Source: Candidatus Eiseniibacteriota bacterium (GTDB lineage: Bacteria; Eisenbacteria; RBG-16-71-46; CAZAMP01). From it: 64,000 bases of DNA. The notes under the pieces were generated by a model. The model saw nothing but the letters and a program-made list of their open reading frames with translations. It was not told the DNA's origin and searched no databases. Both the position numbers and the translations under genes were made by a program. The DNA lies in the NCBI GenBank assembly GCA_965224245.1, contig OZ245046.1, positions 1,888,001-1,952,000 of the forward strand, in the 5' to 3' direction. How positions within the stretch are numbered: the stretch's first letter is position 1; each line of letters starts with the position of its first letter. Below, piece by piece: positions 54,174 through 64,000 of this stretch.

Positions 54174-54226
54174 CGCCCCGGCTCGCTCGCGGCGCGACTG
54201 CCGTCGGCGCCGCGATACTCGTCGCG

Positions 54227-55435
54227 TCACTCCCTCCTACGTCCCGCCCGGCCCGCCAGACCGGCCTGGATCGAGTCGATGACGTGATCGATCTGCGCGT
54301 CCGTCAGCGTCGGATAGAGCGGCAGCGACAGCTCCCGCTCGGCGACGTCCTCGGTCACCGGCAACAGCCCCTCCCCCGTTCCGCACACGCGCCGATGGTG
54401 GGCCATCAGGTGGATCGGCCGGTAGTGCACCGACGTCTGGATGCCCCGCGCGCGCAGCGCCGCCGCGAACGCGATGCGATCGACCGCCGGCGGTAGCACG
54501 ATGGGCATCAGGTGGTTCACCGACGTACCGGGCACACCCGCGAACGGGAGCCCGAGCCCCTCGATGGACGCCAGGGCGTCGCGGTAGCGCGCGACGATCT
54601 CGGCCCGCCGCGCGTTGTACCCCCGCACCTTCGCGAGCTGCACGCGGCCGATCGCGGCCCGCACCTCGTCGATGCGGTAGTTGTAGCCGAGCTCGACGAC
54701 GTCGTATCCGAACACCTTGCCGCGGTCCCGGTCGAGGACGCTGGCCGTCATCCCGTGACTGCGCACGAGGCGGACGCGCTCGGCGAGGTCGTCGCGCGTC
54801 GTGGTGACCATGCCCCCCTCACCGGTGGTCGCGTTCTTGGTGGAGTAGAAGCTGAAGCAAGCCAGGTCGCCCGCGGTTCCCACGGTGAGGCCCTCGCGGG
54901 CCGCGCCGATGGCCTGCGCCGCGTCCTCGACGAACGCGAGGCCGTGCCGATCGGCGAACGCGCGGAGCGCGACCAGGTCGGCGGGATGTCCCGAGTGATG
55001 GACGGCGACGATCGCGCGCGTTCGCGCGGTGAGCTTCCGCTCGGCGTCGGCGAGATCGAGGTTCAGGTCGTGTGCCCCCGGAATGTCCACGAAGACGGGC
55101 GTCGCCCCCACGTAGAGCACGGCGTTCGCGGTGGCCACGAACGACAGCGAGGGGACCAGCACCTCGTCACCGGGACCGACGTCCAGCGCGATCAGCGCCA
55201 GGTGGAGCGCCGCGGTGCAGTTCGACACCGCGATCGCGTGGGGCGCCCCGACGAGCGCGGCGAACTCCTCCTCGAATGCAATCGTCTCCTCGCCCATGGT
55301 CAGCCACTGCCGCTCGAGCACGCGTGTGGCCGCGGCGATCTCATCGGGGCCGACGTCGGGGATCGCCAGCGGGACGGCGAGAAACGGCGCGTCGGGGGCG
55401 CCGGCGTCGGGAGTCCGGTCGCGCTCGGCGCTCAC
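54227..55435 (-). CDS. DegT/DnrJ/EryC1/StrS family sugar aminotransferase
   Basis: SNCTAALH, EDAAQAIG, FSFYSTKNATTGEGG, GYNYR, LSLPLYP. Confidence 0.95.
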   Translation of the reverse strand: MSAERDRTPDAGAPDAPFLAVPLAIPDVGPDEIAAATRVLERQWLTMGEETIAFEEEFAALVGAPHAIAVSNCTAALHLALIALDVGPGDEVLVPSLSFVATANAVLYVGATPVFVDIPGAHDLNLDLADAERKLTARTRAIVAVHHSGHPADLVALRAFADRHGLAFVEDAAQAIGAAREGLTVGTAGDLACFSFYSTKNATTGEGGMVTTTRDDLAERVRLVRSHGMTASVLDRDRGKVFGYDVVELGYNYRIDEVRAAIGRVQLAKVRGYNARRAEIVARYRDALASIEGLGLPFAGVPGTSVNHLMPIVLPPAVDRIAFAAALRARGIQTSVHYRPIHLMAHHRRVCGTGEGLLPVTEDVAERELSLPLYPTLTDAQIDHVIDSIQAGLAGRAGRRRE

Positions 55436-56139
55436 AGCCCGAACCGATCCCGGACGCCGTCGAAGGCCTTCTGGGCCTCCTCGTAGTCGTCGTGACGCCC
55501 GATGTCGAGCCAGAAGTCGTCCGACGGGTAGGCGGCCACCGGGAGGCCCTTCTCGAGCAGCACCTGCACCAGGTCGGGGAAGTCGAACCGCCCGGCGTCC
55601 GGCACGTATCGCACGACCTCGGGCTCCATCACGTACACGCCCATGCTGACGCGGTAATGAAGCGTCGGCTTCTCGGTGTACGCGACGACGCGGTTGCCGT
55701 CGGTGTCGAGCACGCCGAGATCCACGTGGACGGCCTTGGCGTGCGTGGCCACGGTCACCAGCGCCCCCTCCGAGCGATGAAACGCCACCAGCGTCTCGAA
55801 CGGAAGCGTGGTCAGGACGTCTCCGTTCAGCATCACGAACGTCTCGTCGAGCTCGGGCATCAGCCGGAGCGCGCCCGCGGTTCCGGTGGGGGTGGTCTCG
55901 TGGACGTACGACAGCGCGAGCCCCTCGAGCCCCGGACGCACCTCGTGGAAGTAGGCCTGGATCAGCTCCGAGAGGTACCCCACGGACAGGACGACGTTCG
56001 TGAATCCCTCGCGCGCGAGCTTGCGCAGGATGATCTCGAGGATCGGGTGGTCGCCGACGGGCACCAGCGGCTTCGGAAACACCGTCGTGTACGGCCGCAG
56101 CCGCGTGCCCTGGCCGCCCGCGAGGACGATGGCTTTCAT
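55432..56139 (-). CDS. Sugar-phosphate nucleotidyltransferase
   Basis: LAGGQGTRLRP, PKPL, GTAGAL, NGD, WLDIG. Confidence 0.93.
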   Translation of the reverse strand: MKAIVLAGGQGTRLRPYTTVFPKPLVPVGDHPILEIILRKLAREGFTNVVLSVGYLSELIQAYFHEVRPGLEGLALSYVHETTPTGTAGALRLMPELDETFVMLNGDVLTTLPFETLVAFHRSEGALVTVATHAKAVHVDLGVLDTDGNRVVAYTEKPTLHYRVSMGVYVMEPEVVRYVPDAGRFDFPDLVQVLLEKGLPVAAYPSDDFWLDIGRHDDYEEAQKAFDGVRDRFGL

Positions 56140-56152
56140 CGGGATGCTCCCG

Positions 56153-57118
56153 TCAGTTCACGTACTTGGGGTCGTCGTAGTCGGTCAACGATCCGGTCTC
56201 CAGGAGCAAGCGCACCTCGCGAACCCCGGCGGCGGCGTCGCGGGTCAGCGTGAAGCCGAAGGTCTCTCGAATGCGATCGAAGCGGACCCGGTAGCTCCGC
56301 GGATCCTCTTCCTTGGCGACGCGCTCGATCTCCGTGCCGGGTACGGCCGCGGCGGCCATCTCGGCGATCTGACGCTTCTGGAAGTTCTGCGAGCAGTCGC
56401 CGACGTTGAAGACGCGCGGACGGGCGTCGTCGCGCGGCGCGTCCACGACCGTTTGCAGCGCGCGCGCCACGTCGTACACGTGGATGTGCGGACGCCAGAA
56501 CTGCTCGCCGAAGATGACGATCTTCTTGCGAGCCACCGCCTCGCGCGTGAAGTCGTTCACGAGGAGATCGAATCGCATGCGGGCGCTCACCCCGTACACG
56601 GTGCTGAGACGCAGCACGATCGGATCGAAGGTCGGGCCCGGCATGCCCAGGAGCAGCTCCTCGGACTTGACCTTGCTCTCGGCGTAGAGCGAGACCGGAT
56701 TCAGCGTCGAGTCCTCGTCCACCTCCGCGTTCGGATCGGAGACTCCGTAGTTCGAGCACGTCGAGGCGAACACGAAGCGCCCCACGCCGCGCTCGGCGGC
56801 CTCGGTCGCCAGATCGCGCGTGGCCTCGAAGTTGGTGCGCCACGCCTCGTCGGGCCGGCGCTTGCACGCGGGATCTCCGACGATGGCGGCCAGATGGACG
56901 ACCGCGTCCACCCCGTCGAGCGCACGCGCCCGGACGCCGGCATCGGCCAGATCGCCCACGACGACGTCCACGTCGTCCAGCGTCCACAGGTCCAAGAGTG
57001 AGCTGCCCCCGTACATGAGAGCGTCGGCGATCCGGACGCGATGTCCGGTCGCGAGAAGGTGCCTGGCCGCCATCGATCCGATGAAGCCGGCCCCGCCGGT
57101 GACGAGCACTTTTTCCAT
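56153..57118 (-). CDS. NAD-dependent epimerase/dehydratase
   Basis: VTGGAGFIGS, HLAAIVGDPAC, STCSNYG, YAESK. Confidence 0.95.
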   Translation of the reverse strand: MEKVLVTGGAGFIGSMAARHLLATGHRVRIADALMYGGSSLLDLWTLDDVDVVVGDLADAGVRARALDGVDAVVHLAAIVGDPACKRRPDEAWRTNFEATRDLATEAAERGVGRFVFASTCSNYGVSDPNAEVDEDSTLNPVSLYAESKVKSEELLLGMPGPTFDPIVLRLSTVYGVSARMRFDLLVNDFTREAVARKKIVIFGEQFWRPHIHVYDVARALQTVVDAPRDDARPRVFNVGDCSQNFQKRQIAEMAAAAVPGTEIERVAKEEDPRSYRVRFDRIRETFGFTLTRDAAAGVREVRLLLETGSLTDYDDPKYVN

Positions 57119-57389
57119 TCACACCTCGCGCAGCGCGCGCATCGAACGCCTCAACCAACTGCACTGCAACATATTGCAGACCACCAAAAAAGACGTCGCC
57201 GAGCTCGCGCTCCACCCGGCGCGTGAGCCGGCGCTGTCGTCCACCGACGCCCGTGCCCCAATGAATCGGCCGCGAAGGGCGACTCGTCCAGCCCCGAGAC
57301 CCGCTCCCGTCCACGGAAGCCGATCGCGGCGCAACATGATAAACCCCGCGAGCGCCCGCGCGTGCGACGAAATCCCGCCGCGCGGGGCG

Positions 57390-58289
57390 TCATCCGAGCC
57401 CGTCCAGGATGGCCGGCGTCACCACCGTCAGATCGTGGGTTTGCCGGTCGACGACGCCGGCCAGCCGTCCCCACCCCAGCAGCGGCACGTCGTGTCGGGT
57501 GTGGCTCGTGACCCGGAGGTCCTCCAGATTGCCGTGGTCGCTCACCACCAGGATCCCGTCGCGGTCCGGATCCAGCGCGGATGCGAGCGACTCAAGCGTC
57601 GCCTCGAGGCGCCCCAGCAGCTCGGCGGCATCCCCCTCGACGCGACCGTGGCCGAGGAGGTCGGTCAGGAAGTGCTCGAAGAAGACGAGGTCGTGATGCC
57701 CGGCCAGCGCGGCCAGGTGCGCGCCTGCCTCGGCGGCGGTGACCGCCGGGACGTCGTACCCGCGCCCGGCCAGCCACTCCCGCGTCACGTCGTGGTACAG
57801 GGCCTCGCCCCGGCGAAGGTCCTCCAGCGTCCGTATCCGCGTTCCCGAGACCCACGTGGCCAGCGTGCTCGCCGACGCGCGCCGCGGCCGCCCGTGGGCC
57901 CGAACGCTCTCGAAGAACGCCGGACGGAAGGCGTTCGCGAACGTCACGCGGTGTCCGGCTTCCCGGGCCTGCCGGAGGAGCGAACGACGCGTGAGGATGC
58001 CCTGGAGCGTCTTCCCCGGGAACGCGGACTGGTGATGACCGAGCGCCGCGGCGGCGTTGACACCGGTCAGGATGGTCGTCTGACCGGTCGCGCTCTGCGG
58101 CAGACCGGCCACGCCGAGTGTGGCGTCGATCGCGCGACCCCGCCAGGGGCCCGGCAGTCCAGTGATCTCCCCGTCCCGGACGCGCGCGGCCGACAGGCCC
58201 AGGAGCGCGCCACCGAACCGCGACAGGGGGTTCTCTTCGCGGGGAGGCCCGATGCCGATCCCGTCGATGAAGAAGAGGACGAGTCCCAC
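57390..58289 (-). CDS. Phosphoglycerate mutase-like metalloenzyme (alkaline phosphatase superfamily)
   Basis: FIDGIGIG, GLPQSATGQT, TDLLGH, SDHGNLED, HT-VP. Confidence 0.85.
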   Translation of the reverse strand: MGLVLFFIDGIGIGPPREENPLSRFGGALLGLSAARVRDGEITGLPGPWRGRAIDATLGVAGLPQSATGQTTILTGVNAAAALGHHQSAFPGKTLQGILTRRSLLRQAREAGHRVTFANAFRPAFFESVRAHGRPRRASASTLATWVSGTRIRTLEDLRRGEALYHDVTREWLAGRGYDVPAVTAAEAGAHLAALAGHHDLVFFEHFLTDLLGHGRVEGDAAELLGRLEATLESLASALDPDRDGILVVSDHGNLEDLRVTSHTRHDVPLLGWGRLAGVVDRQTHDLTVVTPAILDGLG

Positions 58290-58295
58290 CGACCG

Positions 58296-59768
58296 TCACC
58301 GGTATCGCGACTTCAACCGGGACCAGGTCGTGCGCTCGACCGGCGTCGATCCGGCCCGGAAGTACACGTCGAACGCGCCGCACTCGCCGAGCGTGCCGTC
58401 GACGTACACGAAGTACGTCTGCCCGGTGCCCCCGGGCAGCCCGGTCAGAATCTCGGCCTTTCCGGGACCCCACGCGTCGACGGCACCGAGGCACGTGTCC
58501 CAGAACCGCGTCGACGCGTTGCAGTCGGACGCGACGAGGATCGCGGGATCCCACGGTCCCCGGGGCACGACCTGGACCGCCCAGTCGATTCCGTCGGCCA
58601 GCTCGACCGTGACCGCGTACACGACCTCGAGTCCCGTCAGCGGCGCGTCGAGGCTCACCCCGCACGGGGACCCGTCGGTTCCCGAGAACGAACCGCCGTC
58701 GCAGGACCATCCGTCCAGGGGCTCGAAGTCTCCGTTGCCGAGGCTGACGTCGATGGCCTCGACGCACGTGCGACCGGTGCCCGACGTGATCTCCCGTCGG
58801 TGGATGCGCAGATCGAACCCGCCACATCCCTGCACCTGGCCGGCCGCGATCGGCGAATCGATCGCGAGGTAGTGCGTGGCGGGGTTCCCCGTGCCGCTGA
58901 GCACGGAGATGTGACGCGTCTCCTCGGAGGCGCCGACCCCGCCCCGATCCGAGACGGCCAGGCAGGTGCCGGACGTCATGTCGCATGCCGTCGATGCGCA
59001 GAGCGCGACGTCCCACGGATCGTCGGGCACCACCTCGGCCCACCACTCGCTCGAGTCGGGAACGGAGATCTCGAACACGAGATCACGTCCGCCGAGCGAG
59101 AACCCGAGCGCGTCGCCGCACTCGCCTCCGATCACGTCGATCGCGTGCGTCGCGCCGCAGGTGGTCAGGCTCAGCTCGAAGTCGCCGTCGGCCAGATCCA
59201 CCTGGATCGGCCCGTCGCCGTCGCAGGCATCCCCGGCCGCCGGGCGCGGGTTCGGCCGGAACTCGACCGTGAACGGACCCGACCCGAACGTGGAGGAGGT
59301 ACTGGCGCTGTCGATGAACAGGTACAGGACGCGCTCCTCGGGCGAGTCGTTCCCCAGGCCGGCCAGGACCTCCGGGTCCCCGTCGAACCCGGCGTCCACG
59401 CCCGCGATGCAGGAGTCGGGCAGCGACTCGGGGACGTCGGTCCAGGCCGCGTAAACGGCGGGGTCCCAGCTCGAGTTGGGCGTCACCACGACGTCGAGCA
59501 CCCACTGCGCGGGCAGCGTGACCGCGTACACGAGGTCGCGGCCCGGGGTGGGAACGCTGGACCCGAACGCCAGCACGCACCCGGTGGCTCCGGGATCGTA
59601 GTCGTCGGTCTCCGGGGAGGTGTCCCCGGTGCAGACGACCGACACGGTGCCCTCGAACGCGATCGTGCGATCGCCACAGTCGGCCTGCGCGCGGGAGAGG
59701 GGACCCCACGCCACGATGAGCCCCAGGCCGATCCCGATCGCGCGCCCCGGCCGTTTTCCGCGTCGCAT
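58296..59768 (-). CDS. Secreted Cys-rich protein with three repeated PPC-like domains and C-terminal TPVERTTWSRLKSRYR tail
   Basis: Signal peptide; three repeats G(R/L)(D/E)xVY...WD...CxxxxD...YxxxD. Confidence 0.75.
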   Translation of the reverse strand: MRRGKRPGRAIGIGLGLIVAWGPLSRAQADCGDRTIAFEGTVSVVCTGDTSPETDDYDPGATGCVLAFGSSVPTPGRDLVYAVTLPAQWVLDVVVTPNSSWDPAVYAAWTDVPESLPDSCIAGVDAGFDGDPEVLAGLGNDSPEERVLYLFIDSASTSSTFGSGPFTVEFRPNPRPAAGDACDGDGPIQVDLADGDFELSLTTCGATHAIDVIGGECGDALGFSLGGRDLVFEISVPDSSEWWAEVVPDDPWDVALCASTACDMTSGTCLAVSDRGGVGASEETRHISVLSGTGNPATHYLAIDSPIAAGQVQGCGGFDLRIHRREITSGTGRTCVEAIDVSLGNGDFEPLDGWSCDGGSFSGTDGSPCGVSLDAPLTGLEVVYAVTVELADGIDWAVQVVPRGPWDPAILVASDCNASTRFWDTCLGAVDAWGPGKAEILTGLPGGTGQTYFVYVDGTLGECGAFDVYFRAGSTPVERTTWSRLKSRYR

Positions 59769-60009
59769 CGTTCAGTCCCCTTCCCGGCGTCCGTTGCGCC
59801 GGGCGGACGCTATCATACCTGGGTCGCGACACGCCAAACGCGGATCCGGACCGGGTTTCGGTCCTGGCAGGGATTCACCGCCGGCCGGTCTCCGGTTCCC
59901 TCGATCGGGATCCCGCGCAGATTCGTGGAACCCCGGGAGCGCCCAAACGTCTACTACAGCTGTAGTGCCACGGCCACGGACCCCACTCTCCACCGGAGGT
60001 AACGAGACC

Positions 60010-61005
60010 ATGCGGATCCATCACCTTCGCCGAGCCGCGTCCCTCGCGGCCGGCATCGTGCTAGTCGGGGCCGGCGTCGCCCTGGCGGACGGCGGCTGGC
60101 TCGGCGTCCGACTCCAGACGATCGACGACGATCTTCGCGAGGCGCTGGATCTCGCCCGTAGCGACCACGTCCTGGTCAGCGACGTCGCCGAGGACAGCCC
60201 GGCCGAGGACGCCGGACTCGAGGAGGGCGACGTGATCGTCATGATCGACGGCGAGGACGTCGAGACCGCCAGCGACGTCGTCCACCTGATCCGGGATCTC
60301 GACCCCGGCGACGAGGTGCCCATCGTGGTGATCCGTGACGGGGAACGAGAGACCCTGGCCGTCGTGCTCGACGAGCGCCCAGCGGACGAGGGCTTCTCTC
60401 GCATGGGTCGCCGCCTTCATCGCGTGCGCCCGCACGTGTACCACTTCCGTGGCGACGATGACCTCTATCTCCGGAACGTTCCGGGCCTCGAGGGACTACG
60501 TGGCCTCCGCGGGCTTCACGGTCTTCACGACATCGAAGGGCTCGCAGACCTCGAGGCGCTGGAGGTGTTCTTCGGAAAGCCGCGCCTCGGCGTGGAGACG
60601 CGCGCCCTCGACGATGCGCTCGCCGGCTACTTCGAGGTGGACGAGGGCGAAGGCGTCCTCGTGCTGTCGGTCATGGAGGACAGCCCGGCCGAGGAGGTCG
60701 GGATCCAGGTCGGCGACGTCATCATGGAGGTCGACGACGCGGCGATCGACTCGCCGGGGGACCTGCGCGACGCCGTCCTCGATCACGAGGGCGAGACGGT
60801 CTCGATTCGCATTCGCCGCCACGGCGAGGACCTGACCCTCGACGTGGAGCTCGACGAGCCCGAGCGCTGGGAGGCACGGCACCCCCTCGGCCGGGCGCGC
60901 GAGCTCTCCATCGAGCGCGAGGGCCTGCAAAGTCAGCTCGAGGAGCTGCGCGAGCAGCTCCGCGATCTGCGCGAGCAGCTGCGAGAGCTCGAGCAGGACC
61001 GGTAG
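60010..61005 (+). CDS. Secreted tandem-PDZ protein with C-terminal coiled coil
   Basis: Signal peptide; GWLGV...DSPAEDAGLEEGDVI and PRLGV...DSPAEEVGIQVGDVI; heptads LEELREQLRDLREQL. Confidence 0.85.
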   Translation: MRIHHLRRAASLAAGIVLVGAGVALADGGWLGVRLQTIDDDLREALDLARSDHVLVSDVAEDSPAEDAGLEEGDVIVMIDGEDVETASDVVHLIRDLDPGDEVPIVVIRDGERETLAVVLDERPADEGFSRMGRRLHRVRPHVYHFRGDDDLYLRNVPGLEGLRGLRGLHGLHDIEGLADLEALEVFFGKPRLGVETRALDDALAGYFEVDEGEGVLVLSVMEDSPAEEVGIQVGDVIMEVDDAAIDSPGDLRDAVLDHEGETVSIRIRRHGEDLTLDVELDEPERWEARHPLGRARELSIEREGLQSQLEELREQLRDLREQLRELEQDR

Positions 61006-61246
61006 CGATCGGTCACGGGGCGACCGGCCGGCCGGGGCGGCGGATCGCCCCGGTCGGCTCTGCTTGCTCCCCGAGCGCTGGACGCCTACTGTTCGGATCC
61101 TCGGGACCGACCGGCCGGGACCGAGCGGTCCCGTCTCACGCAGTCACTGGCGGATGTGCCCGGCTGGGGCGCGTTCGTCCCCGCGCGCCGGCCTCGCGCA
61201 CGTCCGCGCGTCGCCCGCGCCCCGTCACGCTCGAGCAGAGGTTCCG

Positions 61247-61699
61247 TTGGGGTTCGTACGTGGGACACTCTGGGCGGGCGCCCTCGTCGACTGGGCGTTC
61301 GCGGTCGTGGCCCTCTGGCCCGTGCGGACGGTCACCGACGCGCTGGGCATTCCGATCGGCGAGCACGTGATGTACTTCCGCTTCGCCGGTCTGCTCCTTC
61401 TGGTGCTCCCGATCTTCTACGTGCTGGGCGCGCGACGGCCGACCCTCACCCCGCCGATCGCGGCCGGCGCATGCCTCGCGCGGGGCGCGGGCGCCGTGTT
61501 CCTGCTGGCGCACCTGACGCGCGGCGAGGCCGTGATCGCGTTCTGGTTCTTCGCCGTGATCGATGCGTCATTCGCGGCGCTCCACGCCGTGTCCCTGTCG
61601 CGCGCGAGGTACTCGCTCCTCGATGCCCTGTTCGGGGACGTTCCTGCCGCCGGCACTCCGCGTCCAGGGCCACCCGGGCACGAGTCCGAGCCCGAGTGA
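61247..61699 (+). CDS. Hypothetical membrane protein (about 4 TM)
   Basis: Hydrophobic helices; start uncertain. Confidence 0.6.
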   Translation: MGFVRGTLWAGALVDWAFAVVALWPVRTVTDALGIPIGEHVMYFRFAGLLLLVLPIFYVLGARRPTLTPPIAAGACLARGAGAVFLLAHLTRGEAVIAFWFFAVIDASFAALHAVSLSRARYSLLDALFGDVPAAGTPRPGPPGHESEPE

Positions 61700-61715
61700 C
61701 GCCGGCCGCGCGAGG

Positions 61716-63158
61716 TCAGTCGAGGTAGCCGAGCGAGCGAAGACGCTCGCGGACCTCGTCGGAGATCTCGACCTGAGCGCCGACCTGCGCGTCGACGATG
61801 GCATCCCACTCCTCCAGCATCGGCGTCAGCTGCGCCACCACGTCCCGCGCCTCGTCGATGAGGTCGTTCGTCTCGTCCGGATCGCGAACCACGTCGTACA
61901 GCGAGTACCGGTCTCCGTTCGGATCGGGGATGCGCACGAGCTTGAAGTCGCCCGCCACGACGGCGCGCCACTTGCCCCTGGGCCCCTCGTAGTGAAAGTC
62001 GGGATTCTCGGGGTGGATGAGCTGGTAGTCGCTCTCCAGGAACGTGACCTCGCGGGTGCCGCCGCGTTTCTTGCGGAGCGCATCGGAGAGATCCACGCCG
62101 TCGAAGTGCGCGTCGGTCTCGACGTCCATGAGCGACAGCAGCGTCGGGGTGAAGTCCACGAGCGAGGCCAGATCGTGGAGTCTGCCGGGCTCCAGGTGTC
62201 CCGGGTAGTTCACGATCGCGGGGACGCGAACGGTGCCCTCCACGAGCGTCTCGCCGTGCGCGTAGTAGTAGTCGTGCTCGCCCATCGACTCGCCGTGGTC
62301 GGCCACGACCACGAGGATCGTGTTCTCGAGATACCCGCGGTTCCGGAGCATCTCGATCAGACGGCGCACGTGGCCGTCCATGTAGCTGATCTCGGCCAGG
62401 TAGCGGCGCTGCACGCGCCGGCGAGTGTCGGCGTCCAGCTCGTTCTCGAAGATGATCTCGCCACGTGTCACCTTCGCCGAATCGATATCGGCGTACAGGG
62501 TGAACGGCTCGGCCCAGGACGTGTCGAACTGACGGAGCGCCTGCGGCGGCGGGTCGTAGGTCCAGTGTGGATCGAGGAAGTGGAACCACAGGAAGAACGG
62601 CCCGTCCGGGGGCTCCAGCGTCTGGAGATCGGCGCGGGACACGACGTCCTCGGCGTACTCCTGCCGGCTCTGGTAGGCGTAGTCGTCGTATACCTGGAAG
62701 CCCTGCTCGAACCCGCGGCCCGACTGGAGGAAGTGATTGGTGACCACGGCCTGCGTTCGATATCCTGCGGCGGCGAGGACCTCCGCCAGCGTCGTCGCGT
62801 CCGGCGACAGCGTGTGGAAGAGCCCGAACGCGCCGTGATTGGTCGGATACTCCCCCGTGAAGAGGCTCGCCATGGCCTGAGTCGTCCGGGGAGACGGCGT
62901 GTAGCAGCGGGTCAGCACGACGCTCTCGCTGGCCAGGTCGTCCAGGTTGGGCGCGACCGGAACCGGGATCCGGGCCATGCGCCCGTACTGATCCAGAACG
63001 TCGGCCCGAATCGTGTCGAGGCTGATGATCACCAGATTCGGCGGTTCGTCTCGCCCGCAGCCGAGTGCCATGGCCAGCGCGATCGCCCCGCCGAGGAGCG
63101 CGCGGCGCGTGGCGTGACGCCGAGACGGGAACCGGCACGTCGTGGAAGGACTGACCAC
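61716..63158 (-). CDS. Sulfatase-like lipoprotein
   Basis: ALGC lipobox; PNLVIISLDTIRAD, SPRTTQAMASLFTG, DPHWTY, ADHGES, LRSLGYL; start uncertain. Confidence 0.85.
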   Translation of the reverse strand: MVSPSTTCRFPSRRHATRRALLGGAIALAMALGCGRDEPPNLVIISLDTIRADVLDQYGRMARIPVPVAPNLDDLASESVVLTRCYTPSPRTTQAMASLFTGEYPTNHGAFGLFHTLSPDATTLAEVLAAAGYRTQAVVTNHFLQSGRGFEQGFQVYDDYAYQSRQEYAEDVVSRADLQTLEPPDGPFFLWFHFLDPHWTYDPPPQALRQFDTSWAEPFTLYADIDSAKVTRGEIIFENELDADTRRRVQRRYLAEISYMDGHVRRLIEMLRNRGYLENTILVVVADHGESMGEHDYYYAHGETLVEGTVRVPAIVNYPGHLEPGRLHDLASLVDFTPTLLSLMDVETDAHFDGVDLSDALRKKRGGTREVTFLESDYQLIHPENPDFHYEGPRGKWRAVVAGDFKLVRIPDPNGDRYSLYDVVRDPDETNDLIDEARDVVAQLTPMLEEWDAIVDAQVGAQVEISDEVRERLRSLGYLD

Positions 63159-63690
63159 CGATCGCTTCACCGGTGCGGGCTCGCTCGCCGATCGACCGCG
63201 GGCACCGGTGCGGGTCGTGCTGGACAACTTGCGTAGTGCGTTCAACGTCGGCTCCATCTTTCGCACGTCCGACGCCGCGCGCGTCGAACACCTTCATCTC
63301 TGCGGGATCACGCCGACCCCACCCCATCGCCAGCTGGCGCGCACGTCGCTCGGCGCGACGCGACACGTGCCGTGGTCGTCACACCCGGACGCGGCGGCCG
63401 TCGTCCGGGCGCTCGCCGCGCGCGGCCATCAGATCGTCGCGCTCGAGATCACCCCCGAGGCCGAATCGTACCTGGACGCCCCACTCCAGAGCCCGCTCGC
63501 GCTCGTTCTCGGACACGAGGTCCTGGGGATCTCCGGGGCCACGCTGGCCGAGGCCGATCGGATCGTCCGCATCCCGATGTTCGGGGTGAAGAACTCGATC
63601 AACGTCGCCACGAGCTACGGCATCGTCATCTTCGAGATTCTCCGGCGTCTCGGGTATCCCAGCCCGACGGCGGCAGGAGATTGTACTTGA
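63142..63690 (+). CDS. TrmH/SpoU family RNA methyltransferase
   Basis: [36 protein letters not shown]. Confidence 0.92.
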   Translation: MEGLTTDRFTGAGSLADRPRAPVRVVLDNLRSAFNVGSIFRTSDAARVEHLHLCGITPTPPHRQLARTSLGATRHVPWSSHPDAAAVVRALAARGHQIVALEITPEAESYLDAPLQSPLALVLGHEVLGISGATLAEADRIVRIPMFGVKNSINVATSYGIVIFEILRRLGYPSPTAAGDCT

Positions 63691-64000
63691 TGATGCACAC
63701 CAGCGCGCGGACGCCGTCGCGCCATCCGATCTTCTTGCCATCCGAGTAGTCGCGCCCGCTGTAGGACACCGGCGTCTCGTACACGTGGTACCTGCGGCGC
63801 GCCACCAGCGCGGTGAACTCGACCTCGAAGCCGAACCGTGCCTCGCGGAACGACACGCTCTCGATCACCTCCCGGCGAAAGACCTTGTAGCAGGTCTCCA
63901 CGTCCGACAGGTTCAGGTTCGTGCACATGTTCGAGAGCGTGGTGATGAGGAGGTTGCCCACGAAGTGCCAGAAGTGCAGGACGCGATGCGGCCCTCCCAG
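63626..64000 (-). CDS. Family 2 (DPM1-like) glycosyltransferase, C-terminal part (5' end outside window)
   Basis: [47 protein letters not shown]. Confidence 0.9.
   Translation of the reverse strand: MGGPHRVLHFWHFVGNLLITTLSNMCTNLNLSDVETCYKVFRREVIESVSFREARFGFEVEFTALVARRRYHVYETPVSYSGRDYSDGKKIGWRDGVRALVCIIKYNLLPPSGWDTRDAGESRR

Overview
High-GC bacterial chromosome segment. C-terminal FlgD-Ig domains, a 'TPVxxTTWxxxK' tail and an FCB-type SecA insertion suggest an FCB-superphylum lineage such as Eisenbacteria, Krumholzibacteriota or Latescibacterota (inference). Most of the window is housekeeping and envelope genes: lnt, rpsT, dapF, argF, xerC, trmFO, secA, guaA, purH/C/N, comEC, pilT, sugar-nucleotide genes and sulfatase-like proteins. 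The standout is an operon at ~41.9-49.9 kb with its own sigma70-type promoter. It encodes an RRE/radical SAM/SPASM maturase (QhpD-like), a 97-aa Cys/Trp-rich precursor resembling the quinohemoprotein amine dehydrogenase gamma subunit (QhpC), two secreted beta-propellers, an ABC exporter, a small subtilisin and a cobalamin-binding radical SAM with a split C-x46-CxxC motif. It converges on a second B12 radical SAM plus a GT2/TPR gene, with an Fe-S carrier next door. No qhpA (diheme alpha subunit) or qhpG (Trp oxygenase) is in the window, and the precursor has four extra Cys. This points to a repurposed Qhp-derived ranthipeptide system or a variant quinoprotein system. No CRISPR array, rRNA, tRNA or transposase was recognised. 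Family assignments come from motif recognition, not database searches.
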